From positions 4,787-68,786 of the forward strand of contig CAZNKJ010000003.1 of assembly GCA_964574145.1 (NCBI GenBank): a DNA stretch of 64,000 nucleotides, read 5' to 3'. The stretch is from an uncultured Candidatus Saccharibacteria bacterium (GTDB lineage Bacteria; Patescibacteriota; Minisyncoccia; Phycocordibacterales; CAZNKJ01). Under the pieces are notes generated by a model that ran no database searches, was not told where the DNA came from, and saw only the letters and a program-made list of their open reading frames with translations. Position numbers and translations under genes: made by a program. This document shows, piece after piece, positions 9,344-17,860 of this stretch. Numbering within the stretch: the stretch's first letter is position 1; every line of letters starts with the position of its first letter.

Positions 9344-11635
9344 ATGAATCTCAAATCGCTTGAATTGTCTGGGTTTAAATCATTCGGGAAAAAAGAACTA
9401 TTGAATTTTAATACATCAGTATCAGCAATTGTAGGACCCAATGGTTCTGGGAAGTCCAATATTGCCGAAGCATTTCGGTTCGTTCTAGGTGAGCAGTCTA
9501 TTAAGTCTTTACGCGGTAAAAAAGGTGAGGATCTTATTTGGGGAGGAGGCAAGAACGTGTCGCGCGCCAATAGAGCGTCGGTAAAGGTAGTTTTTGATAA
9601 TTCTTCAAAGTTATTTGACGTTGATTTTGATGAAGTTTCTTTAGAGCGCATAGTTCATCGTGATGGAATAAATCAATATTTTATTAATAATTCTCAGGTG
9701 CGTTTGAAGGATATTGCAGAACTTTTAGCTGGCGCAAATATAGGCTCGTCTGGACATCATATTATTTCTCAAGGTGAGGCGGATCGTATTTTAAATGCAA
9801 ATCCAAAAGAACGCAGAGAAATGATTGAGGATGCTCTCGGATTAAAAGTTTATCACTACAAGTTGGCAGAGAGTGAAAAAAAACTTCAAAAGACCCTTGA
9901 GAATATCTCTCAAGTAGAAGCTTTGCGGAAAGAGATAGCCCCACATTTACGTTTTCTGAAGAAACAAGTTGAACGTGTAGAAAAAACACGTCAAATTCGT
10001 GAAGATTTAAAAAAACTTTATCAAGAATATCTTAAGCGAGAGTCAGTGTATTTGTCATGGTGGGAAAAGAAAAATTCTGTTCTATGCGTTGGTCCAAATA
10101 ATGAACTTATAAAACTTGAGAAGGAATTAATTGAAGTAAAGGAAGTCCTTGAACAAGAACGTACACAAAACAGCAAGAGTGAGGGAATTATTGAACTTGA
10201 GGAAAATCTGCGTTTGGTGCGAGAAAAAAAAGATGTACTTGTTCGTGAACTTGGTGTTTTAGAAGGGGAGTTACGCGCTGAAGAGCGTAGGGTCAAGAAC
10301 GATAAGATTTCTTCACATACAAATACTGAAAGAACAGTATCATTAAGTGATGTGAAGAATCTTGTAGAGGGCGTGCAAACTTGTTCAGCAAATATTGAAA
10401 ACATAGAAGATGTTTCAGTGTTGCGTGAGGTTATAAATAGTATTTGTGAAAAATTAAACAATTTTATTCACTCTAAAGAGTCTGCTGGTGCTTCTGTCGG
10501 ACAAGAGAAGGAAGAAGTTGACGATAAAGAACTTCTTTGTCTTCAAGAGAAGTATAAGAAGAAAGAAGGAGAGTGTCATAGTTTGAATTTACAAGAAGCG
10601 AAATTGCGAGAGGAATATATTAAACTGAAAAAAGAATTAGAGGCTGTGCAAGACAAGGGAAGAGAAGCTGAAAGAAATATGTTTGCCATAATGTCTAGAC
10701 AGAATGAATTACGAATGGTTTTGGACAAGCTCAACTCTCGTAAAAAAATGCTAGTGAGAGAAAGAGATTCGTTTGAACATGAACTCAAGGAGGGAGGGGT
10801 TCTTGTGGGACGCGCAGTTCTCTCTTATGAGGATTATATAGTGGTTGGAGGTTCAGGAAGCGAACTTCCAAACGAGGTTGTCGCTTCCGAAGATCGCATT
10901 GTTCAAGATAAGCGTAGGCATGAGATAGAGAAAATAAAAATACGGTTGGAGGAGTTCGGAAAAGGTGGAGGAGAAGAGGTTATAAAAGAATACAGAGAAA
11001 TAGAAGAACGAGAGCAATTTTTAGCACGTGAAATAGTGGATCTCGAGGGGTCTGCAGAGACTTTAGTGAAGCTGTCAGGAGAGCTTACTGAGCATTTAAG
11101 AGAACGGTTTAAGGATGGTATCTCTAAAATTAATAACGAATTTACAAATTTTTTCTCTATGATGTTTGGAGGTGGGACGGCGTCTCTCTCCATAGTTCAT
11201 GCTCCGAAGCGAAAAAGTGTATCAGACTCATTACTTGAATTATCATCTGACGACGAGGCTCTTAAGGAGGAAGCACCAGAAGAGGGAATAGATATCTCTG
11301 TTTCTATTCCGCATAAACGAACAAAGGGTCTTGTTATGCTCTCTGGTGGGGAAAGAGCTTTGACATCTATCGCCCTTTTGTTTGCGATGAGTCAAGTGAA
11401 CCCTCCTCCTTTTTTAATATTAGATGAGACTGATGCAGCTCTTGATGAAGCTAATTCAAAACGTTATGGAGATATGATAGAGAACTTATCTAAATATTCT
11501 CAATTAATTTTGATTACTCATAATCGCGAAACTATGAGCCGAGCAAATATTATCTATGGTGTAACTATGGGAGAAAGTGGAGCCTCAAAACTATTGTCTG
11601 TGAAATTTGAAGAAGCTGTTAAGGTGGCTAAATAG
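9344..11635 (+). CDS. smc: SMC chromosome-condensation ATPase, unusually short at 763 aa
   Basis: Walker A GPNGSGKSN in an SMC-type N-terminus, a central coiled-coil-like region, C-terminal signature LSGGERAL and Walker B LILDETDAALD. Sits downstream of rnc, as in rnc-smc operons. Confidence 0.8.
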   Translation: MNLKSLELSGFKSFGKKELLNFNTSVSAIVGPNGSGKSNIAEAFRFVLGEQSIKSLRGKKGEDLIWGGGKNVSRANRASVKVVFDNSSKLFDVDFDEVSLERIVHRDGINQYFINNSQVRLKDIAELLAGANIGSSGHHIISQGEADRILNANPKERREMIEDALGLKVYHYKLAESEKKLQKTLENISQVEALRKEIAPHLRFLKKQVERVEKTRQIREDLKKLYQEYLKRESVYLSWWEKKNSVLCVGPNNELIKLEKELIEVKEVLEQERTQNSKSEGIIELEENLRLVREKKDVLVRELGVLEGELRAEERRVKNDKISSHTNTERTVSLSDVKNLVEGVQTCSANIENIEDVSVLREVINSICEKLNNFIHSKESAGASVGQEKEEVDDKELLCLQEKYKKKEGECHSLNLQEAKLREEYIKLKKELEAVQDKGREAERNMFAIMSRQNELRMVLDKLNSRKKMLVRERDSFEHELKEGGVLVGRAVLSYEDYIVVGGSGSELPNEVVASEDRIVQDKRRHEIEKIKIRLEEFGKGGGEEVIKEYREIEEREQFLAREIVDLEGSAETLVKLSGELTEHLRERFKDGISKINNEFTNFFSMMFGGGTASLSIVHAPKRKSVSDSLLELSSDDEALKEEAPEEGIDISVSIPHKRTKGLVMLSGGERALTSIALLFAMSQVNPPPFLILDETDAALDEANSKRYGDMIENLSKYSQLILITHNRETMSRANIIYGVTMGESGASKLLSVKFEEAVKVAK

Positions 11636-13619
11636 CAATTTCCCAATCCAACATTTTCTCTTCAATGTTTGCGGAAATTAAACGGATATTAACAGGATCT
11701 CCCAAGGAGTATTTTTTATGTTTTCTATTTCCTATTATCCGGTAATTTTTCTTATCCAGTTCGTAGTAGTCATCTTTAAGTGATGAGAGGTGTACAAGCC
11801 CTTCTGCTTTTGTGTTTTTTTCTTCTACATAAAAACCCCACTCGACTACACCAGTAATTGTGCCTTTGAACACTTCTCCTATGTGTTCTGACATGTATTC
11901 CACTTGTTTTAATTTAATTGAGTCGCGCTCCGCTTCTACAGCACCAGTCTCCCTTTTTGAAGATTGAATGGCCAAAGCTTCGTATTGCATTAGTTCTTCT
12001 TGTGGTAGTGGGTCTCCGGAAATATATTTTTTCAAAAGCCTGTGCACCATAATATCTGGGTATCTGCGAATAGGAGAAGTGAAGTGTGTATAGTATTGGA
12101 ATGATAGGCCAAAGTGCCCTATGTTTTTTGTGGAGTAAGTTGCTTTTGCCATAGAGCGTATAGCGGCTGTCTTGATGAGGTTTTCTTCAGGTTTCCCTTC
12201 AATTTTTTTGAATAAGTTATTTAATTCTTTACCAGTTACCTCACCATCTTTCTCTTTAAAATCGTATCCTAAAGCTCTTAGAAAAATACCGAGCTCTTCT
12301 ATTTTTTCTGGTTTAGGAGCATTGTGAATTCTATACAGAAAGATAGCTTGATTTTGTGAGAGTTTTTTACTGAGTGTATTGAAGTATGTGGCGACTTCTT
12401 GGTTTGCCAAAAGCATGAAATCTTCAATTAAACGATTTGCATCTATTCGTTGTTTTTTTTCAATTGAAATTGGTTTCCCTTTTTCATCAAGTGTAAATGA
12501 GACTTCATCTTGGTCAAAATCAATAGATCCGCGTGCAAAACGTTCCGCACGCAGTTTTTTAGAAAGTGTGTTTAGTGTATTTAGTTCTTTTACGAAAGGC
12601 CCTTTGGATGTATTAAGCACTTCCTGAGCTTCTTCATATGTGAAGCGTTTGTCTGAATGAATTATGGTTTTTCCAAACCATCGGTCTTTAACCTTGCCAT
12701 TTTTGTCTAATGTAACTACCGCAGAATATGTGAGCTTATCTTCATTAGGATTAAGACTACAAACTCCATTCGATAGTATCTCAGGTAACATGGGAATAGT
12801 TCTATCCACTAAGTATACCGAAGTGGCTCGCTCGCGAGCTTCTTTGTCTATAGCGCTTCCGATATGCACATAATGTGATACATCTGCTATATGAATTCCA
12901 ACTTCTATGAGTGAGTCGGGGAGCTCTTTTATTGAAATAGCATCATCAAAATCTTTTGCATCTTTTGGATCAATTGTAAAAGTAGTAACATCTCTAAAAT
13001 CACGACGATCTTTTATTTCTTTTTCAGTGATGTGTGTTTTTTCACCAATCTCTTTTGCTTCATGTTCAAGGTCTTCGTTAAAAACAGTTTTAAAATTACG
13101 AGAAAGTGCAATAGATTGCATTTCTGTTTCATTCAGACCTTTTTTCCCAATAACTTTAATAATTTCCCCAATAGGATTTTTTCTTGGGTCATCCCACTTT
13201 TTTAACCGTATGAGGACTTTTATATCTTTAGCGAGTTTTTTTGCTTCTTGAGAAATTATTTTAATATCAGCATAAACACGTTTGTCATCTGGAACTAAAA
13301 AAAAGTCACCTTTTTCTTCCCGTAATGTTCCTACAAATATTTCGGTATTTCGTGCGACTATTTTTGAAACCTTACCACCTATACGTCTCTTGTTAGTATT
13401 GGGAAAGATTTTTACTTCAACAGTATCTTTATTAAAAGCAGTATTTATATTTTCGGAGACTATTTCAATATCTTCTTCGTAATCTATACTAGAAACATAC
13501 CCGACTCCTTTTCTTGTTATGGTTATAATGCCTAATGTGGATTGTTTGTCTGTATTATTTTTGGTATTTCCTTTATCTGTTTTATCATTCATGGAGCGAA
13601 GTATAGCAAACCTTGACAT
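11628..13619 (-). CDS. rnr: Ribonuclease R (RNase II/R family exoribonuclease)
   Basis: RNB catalytic domain motifs (DFDDAISI, VGIHIADVSHYV) and a C-terminal S1 domain. Confidence 0.85.
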   Translation of the reverse strand: MSRFAILRSMNDKTDKGNTKNNTDKQSTLGIITITRKGVGYVSSIDYEEDIEIVSENINTAFNKDTVEVKIFPNTNKRRIGGKVSKIVARNTEIFVGTLREEKGDFFLVPDDKRVYADIKIISQEAKKLAKDIKVLIRLKKWDDPRKNPIGEIIKVIGKKGLNETEMQSIALSRNFKTVFNEDLEHEAKEIGEKTHITEKEIKDRRDFRDVTTFTIDPKDAKDFDDAISIKELPDSLIEVGIHIADVSHYVHIGSAIDKEARERATSVYLVDRTIPMLPEILSNGVCSLNPNEDKLTYSAVVTLDKNGKVKDRWFGKTIIHSDKRFTYEEAQEVLNTSKGPFVKELNTLNTLSKKLRAERFARGSIDFDQDEVSFTLDEKGKPISIEKKQRIDANRLIEDFMLLANQEVATYFNTLSKKLSQNQAIFLYRIHNAPKPEKIEELGIFLRALGYDFKEKDGEVTGKELNNLFKKIEGKPEENLIKTAAIRSMAKATYSTKNIGHFGLSFQYYTHFTSPIRRYPDIMVHRLLKKYISGDPLPQEELMQYEALAIQSSKRETGAVEAERDSIKLKQVEYMSEHIGEVFKGTITGVVEWGFYVEEKNTKAEGLVHLSSLKDDYYELDKKNYRIIGNRKHKKYSLGDPVNIRLISANIEEKMLDWEIAI

Positions 13620-13739
13620 GTTGTCGCTATAGAGCTATTTTTATGCATAGAAAGGTTCGGAGTATAAACTTCTCAGCAGTTTTTAATTTCTCTTAATGGG
13701 AAATTTGGGAGTGTAGTTGAAGAAGCCGAATTTTATTTT

Positions 13740-13877
13740 GATTTTTAGTTTCGGGCCACTTCCCCCTAGCCCGGAAAAGGTCCAGTTTTCTCATGCTGGT
13801 CCTTGCGTCCTTGAAGCAGACGCAAAACCTCCCTGAACTTAACCCCGCCTATTTTTTGGCGGGGTTCTTTTTATTTT
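13740..13877 (+). ncRNA. Candidate small structured RNA of unknown identity, ending in an intrinsic terminator
   Basis: A plus-strand terminator with no plus-strand ORF upstream. Internal hairpins (TTGCGTC...GACGCAA). The gene on the other side (rnr) is on the minus strand. Confidence 0.3.
13843..13877 (+). terminator. Rho-independent terminator
   Basis: CCCCGCC-loop-GGCGGGG stem followed by TTCTTTTTATTTT. Confidence 0.7.
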
Positions 13878-13903
13878 GTCCATTTTATCTTTTGAGAAAG
13901 GAT

Positions 13904-13932
13904 TGATCATTTCCAAAACTTCTGGTATTATC
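13904..13932 (+). promoter_or_regulatory. Sigma-70-like promoter for rpsP; the transcript is probably leaderless
   Basis: TTGATC, a 17-nt spacer, then TATTAT ending 8 nt before the rpsP ATG. No Shine-Dalgarno sequence. Confidence 0.45.
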
Positions 13933-13940
13933 GGGTCCTT

Positions 13941-14441
13941 ATGTTAAAGATACGATTACAAAGAATAGGACGTCGCAACAGCCCAGCTTTTAGGGTTGTG
14001 GTTACTGAGTCAACCAGAGGACCAAAAAGTGGAAAGAACCTTGAAATTTTAGGTACATATAATCCGCATTCAAATACATCAGTGCTGAAAAATGAACGCA
14101 TTAAACATTGGATGGATAATGGTGCCCAAATTTCTGACACGGTTCATAATCTTTTTATCAAAGAAAAGGTTATAGACGGGTCTACTATAAATGTACTTCC
14201 TAAAAAAACACCAATCGTAAAAGAAGCAGAAGTTGCTAATGAGGATAATATAGATACGGAAAATAAAGAAAGCGTTGGTGTTGTTGAGGATTCTTCTGAA
14301 GAGGGTAAAAAAGATGGTGATTCTGTACAGTCAGAGGCTACAAAAGAAGAACCCACCGCAGAAGGGGAGGAGGGTAAAAAAGAAGTAGTAAGCTCAGAAG
14401 AAACTTCAAAAGAAGATTTGTCAGATAAAAAAGAAGCTTAG
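13941..14441 (+). CDS. rpsP: 30S ribosomal protein bS16 with an acidic/lysine-rich C-terminal extension
   Basis: MLKIRLQRIGRRNSPAFRVVV matches the bS16 N-terminus. Confidence 0.85.
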   Translation: MLKIRLQRIGRRNSPAFRVVVTESTRGPKSGKNLEILGTYNPHSNTSVLKNERIKHWMDNGAQISDTVHNLFIKEKVIDGSTINVLPKKTPIVKEAEVANEDNIDTENKESVGVVEDSSEEGKKDGDSVQSEATKEEPTAEGEEGKKEVVSSEETSKEDLSDKKEA

Positions 14442-14456
14442 AGTCCTTTCCTATCG

Positions 14457-14485
14457 TTGACGAGAGAGTTTTTGCAGATTATACT
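14457..14485 (+). promoter_or_regulatory. Sigma-70-like promoter upstream of the KH gene
   Basis: TTGACG, a 17-nt spacer, then TATACT. Confidence 0.4.
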
Positions 14486-14565
14486 TTCTAGTGTCTATAC
14501 ACAGTTAATTTCTTCTCTACTTGTTTTGTTGTGTATATTTTACTAGGTTTAGCTATAAGACCATA

Positions 14566-14889
14566 ATGGAAGCAGAAAATGACAAGCAGTTTCTTGAGTA
14601 TATTGTAAAAGAGCTCGTTGATAATCCAGATTCAGTTAAAGTGGACAGATCAGTAGATGAGATGGGGGTTCTTCTTATGTTGGATGTTCATTCAGAAGAT
14701 ATGGGTAAAATAATTGGCCGTCAAGGAGCTACCGCTAAGGCGATTCGTACTCTTTTACGGGTAGTAGGTATGAAAAATAATGCTCGGGTAAATTTGAAAA
14801 TAAATGAGCCAGAAAATGGTGAGAGATCTAATAATGACAAAGAAGAAAAGACAGTAAAGAGTGTAGATGAGATGGTAGACAATCTCTAG
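14566..14889 (+). CDS. KH-domain RNA-binding protein (YlqC/UPF0109-like)
   Basis: GxxG-type KH core IIGRQGATAKAIRTLL. Conserved position next to rpsP. Start taken at MEAENDKQ. Confidence 0.7.
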   Translation: MEAENDKQFLEYIVKELVDNPDSVKVDRSVDEMGVLLMLDVHSEDMGKIIGRQGATAKAIRTLLRVVGMKNNARVNLKINEPENGERSNNDKEEKTVKSVDEMVDNL

Positions 14890-14916
14890 CTCTAGGTTTT
14901 TTCTTAAAAAAGATAA

Positions 14917-14950
14917 AACAAAACACGACGCATGTCGTGTTTTGTTTTGT
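14917..14950 (+). terminator. Rho-independent terminator
   Basis: 13-bp stem AACAAAACACGAC/GTCGTGTTTTGTT followed by a T-rich tail. Confidence 0.6.
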
Positions 14951-14977
14951 GTAGAAATCTAGTAATATTAGACTCTA

Positions 14978-15571
14978 ATGAGTACTAAACGTGATATAGA
15001 ATTTTTATTTGAGATAGGTTCAATTAGAAACGTAAATAGGGGGTGGCGTCAGCATCTGGGTATGGATTGCGCTAGTAATACGGAACATTCTTTTCGAGTG
15101 ATATTTTTGGCTCTTATTATTGCTCGTATGGAGGGGGTCAGGGACGAAGAGAAGATTATCAAAATGGCTCTAATTCACGATCTTCCAGAATCTAGAACTT
15201 CTGATTTAAGCTATGTACAAAAAGTGTATGTGTCTGAAAATGAGGCTTTGGCCGCTGATGACCAGTTCGATACTACCTGCCTTGATGATTTAAATAAGGA
15301 TGTCTTAAGAGAATATATGGAAAGAAAGAGCATAGAGGCAAAGATAGTAAAAGATGCAGATAATTTAGATATAGATCTTGAGCTCAAAGAGCTTGAAGAA
15401 CGAGGGTCTAAGTTACCGAAAAAACTTGTTGGGACTAGAAAAATAATATTTGACAAAAAGCTTTATACAAAGTCTGCAAAAAAATTATGGAAAGAGATAC
15501 AAGAGTCTGATCCTAGTTCTTGGCACATAATGGCAAACAAGTGGTATAAAATACCTAAAGCTGGGAAATAA
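14978..15571 (+). CDS. HD-domain phosphohydrolase (YfbR-like 5'-deoxynucleotidase family)
   Basis: EHSFRV...HDLPESRTSDL HD motif arrangement resembling YfbR. Occupies the slot usually held by rimM. Confidence 0.7.
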   Translation: MSTKRDIEFLFEIGSIRNVNRGWRQHLGMDCASNTEHSFRVIFLALIIARMEGVRDEEKIIKMALIHDLPESRTSDLSYVQKVYVSENEALAADDQFDTTCLDDLNKDVLREYMERKSIEAKIVKDADNLDIDLELKELEERGSKLPKKLVGTRKIIFDKKLYTKSAKKLWKEIQESDPSSWHIMANKWYKIPKAGK

Positions 15572-15572
15572 T

Positions 15573-16211
15573 ATGCATTTTCATATCATCACACTTTTTC
15601 CAAAGACTTTTGATTCTTATATTAAAGAATCTATTATAGCGCGTGCTCGTGCGGATAAAAAAATTTCTTTTTCGTTTTATAATCCTCGTGATTTTACAAA
15701 AGATTCTCATAGACGTATTGATCGTAAGCCGTATGGAGGAGGTCCTGGGATGGTGATGGAGGCTGAGCCTATTTTAAAGGCAGTGAAAAAAGCTCAAGGT
15801 AGAAAAAAGAAAGTTAAAGTTCTTTTTTTCTCGCCAAGCGGGAAGCAGTTTGACAATGTGTATGCTAAGCGACTTGCGAAAAATTATTCAGACATTATTT
15901 TAATAGCGGGACGTTACGAAGGGGTGGATGCTCGTGTAGTGAAGGTGACAAAAGCTGATATCGTGAGTGTCGGCCCCTATGTTCTTACTGGCGGAGAAAT
16001 TCCAGCAATGGTAATAACAGACGCAGTATCGCGTTTTTTGCCTGGAGTGTTGGGGAATGCAGATTCTTTAGAAGAGAGTAGATTAGCAAGTCCAAATGTT
16101 TATACTCGCCCAGAAGTACTTAAGTGGAATGGAAAAAAGTATTGTGTACCCAAGGTTCTTCTTTCAGGGAATCATAAAAAAATAGCAGAGTGGAAAACGG
16201 GTCGCAGGTAA
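15573..16211 (+). CDS. trmD: tRNA (guanine37-N1)-methyltransferase
   Basis: MHFHIITLFP... and the TrmD SPOUT pattern (GRYEGVDARV). The C-terminal 13 residues are duplicated downstream. Confidence 0.9.
   Translation: MHFHIITLFPKTFDSYIKESIIARARADKKISFSFYNPRDFTKDSHRRIDRKPYGGGPGMVMEAEPILKAVKKAQGRKKKVKVLFFSPSGKQFDNVYAKRLAKNYSDIILIAGRYEGVDARVVKVTKADIVSVGPYVLTGGEIPAMVITDAVSRFLPGVLGNADSLEESRLASPNVYTRPEVLKWNGKKYCVPKVLLSGNHKKIAEWKTGRR
16158..16195 (+). repeat. 38-bp direct repeat, copy 1 (3' end of trmD)
   Basis: CTTCTTTCAGGGAATCATAAAAAAATAGCAGAGTGGAA is identical to 17535-17572. Confidence 0.9.
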
Positions 16212-16252
16212 GTGATTGTATAATTTGGTATCGTAAGATATAATTTCAGTAT

Positions 16253-16591
16253 ATGAAAATAAGTTTACAGCATTTTAAGGGCTTATTACCACAACAAATT
16301 ACCGTTATCACAAAAAAAACAAAGGATGGGTTTGTTGCTGAAATCAAAGAACTGCCCCACTGCTATACACAAGCAGTTGATCTTTTTGAGTTAATTGAAA
16401 TGGTAAATGATGCTGTATTTACATATTTAGATATTCCTAAAAAATATGTAGAAAAGCTCGGGATTGTTTATTTACCGGAAAAATTAGCAAACGAATTCAC
16501 AAGACTAAGACTTCAAAAAGCTTGCCACGAGCTTACCAAAGATATAACAGCATCTAGATCAATTTTTCGAAAAACTTCTTTCGCTAAGTAG
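16253..16591 (+). CDS. hicB: HicB-like antitoxin (UPF0150 family)
   Basis: DGFVAEIKELPHCYTQAVDLFELIEMVNDAV matches the HicB core (GY.A...ELPGC.TQG.T.EEA). A TATAAT box lies upstream. Confidence 0.5.
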   Translation: MKISLQHFKGLLPQQITVITKKTKDGFVAEIKELPHCYTQAVDLFELIEMVNDAVFTYLDIPKKYVEKLGIVYLPEKLANEFTRLRLQKACHELTKDITASRSIFRKTSFAK

Positions 16592-16603
16592 CTCATATAT
16601 TTT

Positions 16604-16864
16604 ATGAAAGGACGAGGGAACAAGAGTTTTAAGAACTGTTCTCCTCGTAATGTGTTTGTTATGTTTAATAAACTTGGTGGTTTTAAGATTAAGGAATGTG
16701 CAAAACATACAAAAGTCACACACTTGGAAAGTGGGAAAGCCACAACAATACCGAGAGCAAAGAAAATAGATAGGTATTTATTAGAACAAAATGTCATACA
16801 AGGATTCTTAATAGATGACCTAGGCTTCTCTTGGGAAGACATATTTAACACACTTGATTGTTAA
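16604..16864 (+). CDS. hicA: HicA-like mRNA interferase toxin (YcfA family)
   Basis: KLGGFKIKECAKHTKVTHLESGKATTIPRAKKIDRYLLEQ fits the HicA pattern (GF...GSH..H..G.TTIP.H..L). Confidence 0.5.
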   Translation: MKGRGNKSFKNCSPRNVFVMFNKLGGFKIKECAKHTKVTHLESGKATTIPRAKKIDRYLLEQNVIQGFLIDDLGFSWEDIFNTLDC

Positions 16865-16867
16865 AGA

Positions 16868-17527
16868 ATGAAATTACTACTTACATCAGCGGGTATTCGA
16901 AATGAGAGCATCGCAAAAGCTCTTAAAGATCTTGTTGGCAAATCGTTTTCAGATACAAAAATAGTATTTATTCCCACAGCAGCAAACCGAGATACAGATG
17001 ATAAAGGGTGGCTTATAGACAACATTCTTGATTTTAAAGGTCAAAACTTTAAATCTGTAGATATTGTAGACATTGCTGGTTTGCCAGAAAATATTTGGCA
17101 GCCACATTTATTAAAAGCAGACATAATATGTTTTGGAGGTGGGGATGAAACATACTTATCAAGAATTTTTGAAGAACAAAAGATGAAAGAATTTTTACTA
17201 CCTATACTGACAACCAAAGTATATATGGGAATTAGCGCAGGTAGTATGGTTGCCGGGATTTCATTACCTAAAGGGCTCAGCAAAGTATTTTTTGCTGAAG
17301 AAGATTCAGAAAGTGATTGTTGGGTGGGAATGGAGCTTTGTGACCTTACATTCATTCCACACCTTAATTCAAGTTTTTTCAAACAAGTTAGGGGTAAAGT
17401 GCTTGATTTTTATAAAGAAGAGTTTACTTGCAAGACATATGCCACAGACGATGAAACTGCAATAAAAATAGATGGAGCAAAAATAGAGATTGTAGGAAAA
17501 GGTGATTATTGGATATTTAATAAATAG
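16868..17527 (+). CDS. Peptidase S51 family protein (peptidase E/cyanophycinase-like)
   Basis: MKLLLTSAGI...IVFIPTAA...ADIICFGGGDETYL is typical of dipeptidase E. Confidence 0.65.
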   Translation: MKLLLTSAGIRNESIAKALKDLVGKSFSDTKIVFIPTAANRDTDDKGWLIDNILDFKGQNFKSVDIVDIAGLPENIWQPHLLKADIICFGGGDETYLSRIFEEQKMKEFLLPILTTKVYMGISAGSMVAGISLPKGLSKVFFAEEDSESDCWVGMELCDLTFIPHLNSSFFKQVRGKVLDFYKEEFTCKTYATDDETAIKIDGAKIEIVGKGDYWIFNK

Positions 17528-17534
17528 GTTCTAA

Positions 17535-17572
17535 CTTCTTTCAGGGAATCATAAAAAAATAGCAGAGTGGAA
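17535..17572 (+). repeat. 38-bp direct repeat, copy 2 (ancestral trmD 3' end)
   Basis: Identical to 16158-16195. Read in frame it gives LLSGNHKKIAEWKSKK followed by a stop. Confidence 0.9.
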
Positions 17573-17666
17573 GAGTAAAAAATAATCGGTAGAAATAAAT
17601 AAAAGAAAATAACTGGTGGGATTTTGAATAAAATATATTATCCACAAGAGAACTCTTGACATATGT

Positions 17667-17694
17667 TGACTTTTGAATCTACTGATAGTATACT
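17667..17694 (+). promoter_or_regulatory. Sigma-70-like promoter upstream of rpoB
   Basis: TTGACT, a 16-nt spacer, then TATACT. A second TTGACA lies 11 nt upstream. Confidence 0.5.
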
Positions 17695-17860
17695 CTCGTC
17701 TACACTAATTTAGCAGGGAGATTGAGTCACGGAAGCATTTTTCTACTCCAATTTGGTTAATAGGGTTGCTAACTGTTTTAATAATTTTGTTCTCAACGGG
17801 GATAGGTGAATAATTGGTCTATTATAACTACTACACGCTCTTGCGTTAAGGAGGTGGAGA

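Noticed and set aside
13740-13877. Assigning the candidate ncRNA as SRP (4.5S) RNA because of a GAAGCAGAC stretch.
   Set aside because: The GGUCC/GNRA-tetraloop/GGAAGCAGC helix-8 geometry cannot be formed. The similarity is limited to a 7-mer.
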